The position numbers and the translations under genes were made by a program. The notes beneath the pieces were generated by a model. The model was not told the origin of the DNA. It did not search any database and saw only the letters and a list, made by a program, of their open reading frames with translations. From Eledone cirrhosa (taxonomy: Eukaryota), in the NCBI GenBank assembly GCA_964016885.1, contig OZ024740.1, forward strand, positions 319,548,001-319,612,000: 64,000 nt of DNA, given 5' to 3'. Below, piece by piece: positions 58,854 to 64,000 of this stretch (positions are counted from its first letter, which is position 1; every line of letters starts with the position of its first letter).

Positions 58854-60976
58854 CGGGCGATGGTTTGTACCGTGATGATGGTCTTTTGACCATGACTAAG
58901 TGCGGACCTCATGCTTGCGACAGGTTCAGAAAAGAACTCACAGCTTTCTGTAAAGGCTTCAACCTCTCTATACAGGTTGAGGCCAATCTCTCGGTCGTTA
59001 ATTACCTCGACGTTACTCTCAATTTATCGAATGGGTTGTATTACCCGTATAGAAAGCCGAATGATACGCTTAATTACATAAGTAAGCATTCCAACCATCC
59101 TGCCAGCATAACCAAGAACCTGGTAAGAAACGTTTCGTTGAGGCTTTCCCGTCTATCTACTAACGAGCATATTTTCCACGACCATTACACTTATTACAAT
59201 GAAGTTCTTGCTCGGAGTGGATTTGTCGATAAAGTAGCATATACAGAGTACGAAAATAGACCTAGAAGAAATAGATCCCGTCGCATTTGTTGGTATAACC
59301 CACCATATAATATTGAGGTGGCCACACCATTAGCTAAGATCTTTCTTTCCCTTATTACGAAGCATTTTCCCCCTACACATAAATATAGTAAAATTTTTTA
59401 ATAGAAATACTATTAAAATTTCTTACTCTACGACTCCTAACCTTGCACATAACATCACAGCTTCAAATTTAGCTAAACTACCTAGCCGTAGGAACACGTG
59501 CAACCCTGTAGTTAGTACTAACTGTAATTGTAGGAATCGGGTTGATTGCCCCCTATCCGGGAAATGCCTCTCTAGTAACATTGTCTACAAATGTAAGGTT
59601 GTAACACCCACGTCCCGTAGGGCCTACATAGGGTTAACCACCAATAGATTCAAGCAGCGTCTTTTCATGCATACCCATTCTTTTAGTTACGCTCTAAGAA
59701 GGAATATGACGTCACTTTCAGCTTATATCTGGAGTCTAAAAGACAACCACACCCAATATAAGTTACACTGGGAGATCCTAGCTAGGCTAGATCGTATAAC
59801 GCAAATAAAAGACCATGTCACCTCTGCGCCGCTGAGGCCCTGGAAATACTCTACGCCACAGAAATACTCTACGCCACATCTTAAACAAAAAATCTGAGGC
59901 AATTTTGGCTTGTAAATATAAATTGCACAAAACTTTCCTGTATTACAGCCCCACGTTATACCCTAACGGATAGTACGATCTATACGTGGATATTTTACGT
60001 CTTGATGTGGTAGCTAAGTATATGTTTTGTTTATACCATTACTTATTTGCATAGGTAAGTATTTATTACCTGTATGTTTTGTGAATGTACGTATACTTTC
60101 TCGTACGTATATTTGATTGTATATGTTATGGCGTATAATTTTATATATTCTGATACATATGGTTTGGTTATGTGTATACGGGAGTTTTGCGTCTGTGTGA
60201 GTATGCAGGTTCGTACGTATGTAGGGTGTGTGTATATGTGTACTTCATGTTTGGTTGACGTCGTCTCCGAACATTCGTGTATTTACATGTAGGTATGTGT
60301 GTGCGCTTGTTATATACGTATTTATTTATTTATATACGTTTATTTAATTATTTATTTATTTGTATACACGCACACACACATATTTATATGTGCGTGGTTT
60401 TGTATACCTATGGCAAGTGTTTTGCGTATGCTTGTGTATGTACGTATTTGCATGCGTGTATGTATTTATTTAATTTGTATTACTACCTCTGTATTGTATT
60501 ATATTTACTTTATTCTATACTCTGAAGCGGAGATTCATTCGGTTTCCTAGTTAGAATTTTAGTCTACGACTTCAGCTATACCATTTACGTGGTTTTGTCT
60601 TTGCGTGCAATTGTTCTCCACGGTCCACATATGACGTATTATCTTCGTTTGTTCCGTTCATTGCCAGAGAACGTCTCTATGAACCACCTAAGAGAACATT
60701 AGTCTACGACTTCTTTTATACTATAAACGTGGTTCTGTCTTTGCGTGTAATTGTTTTTCACCGCTCCTATTAATGACGTATTATATTCGTTTTTCCCGTT
60801 CTTTGCCAGGAAAAGTTTCCACGAACCAAAGTATCGTCTTCCTGTCTTCCTCCGGTTGCAACGTTTTTTGAAATATTCACTTCTGCGTTTACAGATTGAC
60901 TTTGTTAGCTTCAGAAGATCTCGTTAAGGGTGATAGCAGCGATTCTTTGCTTAAACTTTAATCTGTTATTTTAATA
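58854..60976 (+). mobile_element. 5'-truncated Penelope-like element (YRDD-type), coding part 58854-59930 plus long 3' UTR/pseudo-LTR
   Basis: GLYRDDGL, VNYLDVTL, SNHP, WYNPPY, FNRNTIKISYS, CNCRNRVDCPLSGKCL, IVYKC..AYIGLT..FKQR..H, LSAYIWSLKD, CHLC..E; ~140-bp direct repeat at 60559/60699; HHR relic near 60912-60940. Confidence 0.93.
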
Positions 60977-61519
60977 ATATATATATATATATATAAAATC
61001 TCTTTATCTTTTATTTTAATCTCATGTTGTAATTGTTCTAGTTGTTGTTTAAACCAGTCCCGAGATCAAATCTTTTCTAACTGTAACCATTCCGTTTTTT
61101 CCCCATGTACCTAATGGCAATATTATCCATCTTGTTCTTTTTATGGCCGTGACGTTTGATCCAATCCTTTCATGACCAAATTTCTAATGAAATACATTCG
61201 ATTTTAATTAATGAATGAAGAATTTTGATGGATTTACAAAAGTTATTAATTATTTCATTACTAAGTTTGTAACTTAAGTAGGCTTCTTATATAAATTTAT
61301 CTGGGAAGGTTTCAATTTAAACTGGAAACCTTTAACATGTGTAGTTTTATTTCATAGAAGCAGAGTCGGTTTTGGCCAGGTTGGCAATTAAATGGTTAAG
61401 AGAGATCTAGATATTAATCCCAGCAAGTCAAGTAGCAATATAAAGGCTTCCTTGTTGGCACGATTTCATCAGTGTTTTCCCTATTTGTTACATCACTCTC
61501 CAGAAAGGTTTGGCCTCCA

Positions 61520-61760
61520 GAAACCGGGAAGTTTGATGTCGTTATGTTTCTTCTTGAATTCGAATATTGAATATTCAAAAATACATGTGCAAGAAATGAG
61601 TTCCAGATAACCGTCGTTCTTGGGAGGAACAATTGAGTACATTTCTCTGGGACCTGGGACACTATATGGGTGACAAAAATAGAAGATACGAGTGAGTCGG
61701 GAATGTCTGAGTGGAGGTGGTAGGGTAAAAGCCAGCTCCAAGCATTAACAGTGAAAATAA
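61520..61760 (-). mobile_element. CR1/Jockey-group LINE RT C-terminal relic
   Basis: HPYSV..PR; FLPRTTVIWNSFLAHVF; FEFKKK. Confidence 0.6.
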
Positions 61761-62849
61761 TCGTTTGAGAGCCTGAAACTGGTGTGTTGTTTTGTAATTT
61801 AAACTCCATACAAAGAAAGACGACACTATCAGAAAAAAGGGGAAGTTATAAAATCTGTCTTTGAAGAACCCTTCTATCACCCCTATAAAGCTGTTCAAGC
61901 TAATGACAAATTTTTGGTCTGTTGATTTTATCTCATATATAACCTGTGCTACGAAATCCATTTAGCTGGAATATACTATTGTTTCTTCATGTGCAGGCAC
62001 ACCTCATGGATAGGTTTATTTTATGTAATTTACTTCACGCTGGAACTATCTTTATGGTTATTTCTATTGAGCAGTATTCTATCTCCATGGCTAATAGAAC
62101 TTTAATGTGTTTGAATTAACTTTAAAGGTGTAGGTTGGTGAACAAGACTAGACTACGATACCATTTAACTGGAGTTACTGGGATTGGGGTTATAACTATC
62201 TCACCTTTGAGTCCACTCACATGATTATAGTATAGGGCTGTTCTATCAACATTTTCTGTATAAGGGAACAGATTTGAGAGCCTTCTACTTCTGTTATCAA
62301 CTAAGGTTTTGAAAATTAAACCCGTAAAAGGGTTTTATTTTGGTTATATGAACGATTTGTATAAACAATGCTTCAATAACACCCAGGTTTGTATAAACTA
62401 GTAGTTAAATAACATACAGGAAATAAACTATTGTTAAATTTGTCTATTGTGATTTTAAGAACAAAATATTTGAAAGCACAGATATCCTTTCCTAGTTTGA
62501 AATATTTCCCATGTTTTACATAACTAATTTGTCATCCACGTATCATCCAAAATCGGCAGAGGGGAACATTGTATTCAAGGTATCTAATATATACAATATT
62601 ATAAAATCATCTATATCTGTGCTATCGTGCTATCGAATGACCCTATATATACATCAAGGACATCTTGACTCAGGCGGAGCCCTTGTCAAAAAGCACATTT
62701 TTCCTGTAGGCGTTACAAATTCTATGTGACTATCATCTATTGCTATGTATTCTAGCAGAATCTAGTGCCTTATCTAATAGCTCTTTAGAGATCGATGGAT
62801 GAGAAGTTGCCAATGTCAAATTAGATAAATTTGGCATTGTTTTTACTGA

Positions 62850-63160
62850 TAATCTTATCAAATATATACTGTGAAGCTATACAAGAGTCAACCTACAAAC
62901 CTATAACGACATTAATAGAAAAGCAAAATACAGCAGTGAAACATAAAATAGATGACGGGTTAGAGACACTCAAAACGTAAAGAATTTATCACGATTAAAG
63001 ACCATAAATATAATTTGCTTCTAACCCTAAGCGTAGTTGATACATCTGGCTAAAACTGAGATCGAATTAGCTGGCAGGGACATACCTAAGAACATTAATA
63101 ATAAAATCAGGAAAGCTACTAATCTCACTCAGTGAGGTAATGATAATGTTGTCATAACTT
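62850..63160 (+). mobile_element. Degenerate YRDD-type PLE RT N-terminal relic
   Basis: IN..AK, IDD, FITIKDHK, NPK, AKTEI, INNKIRKATNLTQ; colinear with 24750-25010. Confidence 0.6.
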
Positions 63161-64000
63161 GCTCGTTTTCACTTTCTCTTGTTCTCTACCTTTCCAGCTT
63201 TTACTGCCATACATTGTTATCACATTTCATTTTGCACCTGAAATTGGGTCCGACTAAGTGACAGCCAGACCATATCCGACCATACGTCACTGTATGTTAC
63301 ACCCCCGCTCACCACATGCCTACATTCTGTTGCAAATATGACAGTAAGCTAAGGGTCAATGTCGCTACCAATCTTTTTTTGTCGTGACTTTCATGTGGTG
63401 ACTCTCATGTCGTGTCGTATTAGGGGTGTGTTTTGGGTAAGATGCAACAGCTCTATTTGTTTTCTTGCTTCTTTCACAGCTTTGAAGATCAGTTATACAC
63501 TCACTCCTATATCGCTTACTTAAATCAATAGTAGAAACATGATCCCATGCATTATTTAAGGCTTCTTTCAACTCTTCTGTAGAGGGCAATTGAAAAGTCC
63601 CCTCCCTCATTAACGAAGCAGTGATAAGTTAACTTATTTTTCAAGCAAGGAGAAGCTTTCGTTAGTGATATATTAGTGTCATCATATTACATTTTGTCCT
63701 CTAGCTGAGTAATGTCTAACACTTCTTTTTGGTCAGAAACACGAGTAAAAGTATGGTAGATCATGTTGTCGTTAATACCGTTGTGTCAGTTAAATTAATG
63801 TTTTCGCTTGTTAAATTTGTGATATTTTTTCACTTGACTAGGTATGTCTGCCTGTTTAATTATATTTTTCTTCTTTTCTATTCATATTCTGGGTTGTTAT
63901 GTTCAATGTTGGTTTCCTTCGAAGTGTTTAAGACGAGAAGACATAGAAATTAATGCAAGCACGAAACGGAAAATTTATGTCTAGGGATTTTTACTACCCC

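Noticed and set aside
63365-63610. 81-aa ORF with EELKEALNNAWD (Tc1-like C-terminus or exon)
   Set aside because: In-frame stop just upstream; no DDE motif, TIR or clear splice sites.

Overview
AT-rich, microsatellite-saturated animal DNA. The SINE consensus sequences resemble those of Octopus (an inference from recognition, not a database result). No host protein-coding gene is supported; most listed ORFs are translations of simple repeats. The window is a transposon graveyard dominated by Penelope-like retroelements (PLEs; RT plus C-terminal GIY-YIG endonuclease) of three distinct sequence types: 20821-23360 (-), 24361-27075 (+) with its relative 58854-60976 (+), and an uninterrupted Neptune-type ORF at 31550-33436. 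Most abut (TA)n tracts. Also present are about 25 tRNA-derived SINE copies, mariner MITEs, a non-autonomous Helitron, and RTE, CRE, HERO and CR1/Jockey-group LINE relics. The strongest hidden signal is RNA structure: about 15 minimal type-I hammerhead ribozyme (HHR) motifs, roughly 7 with intact cores and the rest relics. They occur in pseudo-LTRs, in short (TA)n-embedded non-coding elements and in fold-back palindromes, including one 267-bp palindrome with an HHR on each strand. A five-copy ~110-bp unit preceded by splice-acceptor-like tracts remains unexplained.
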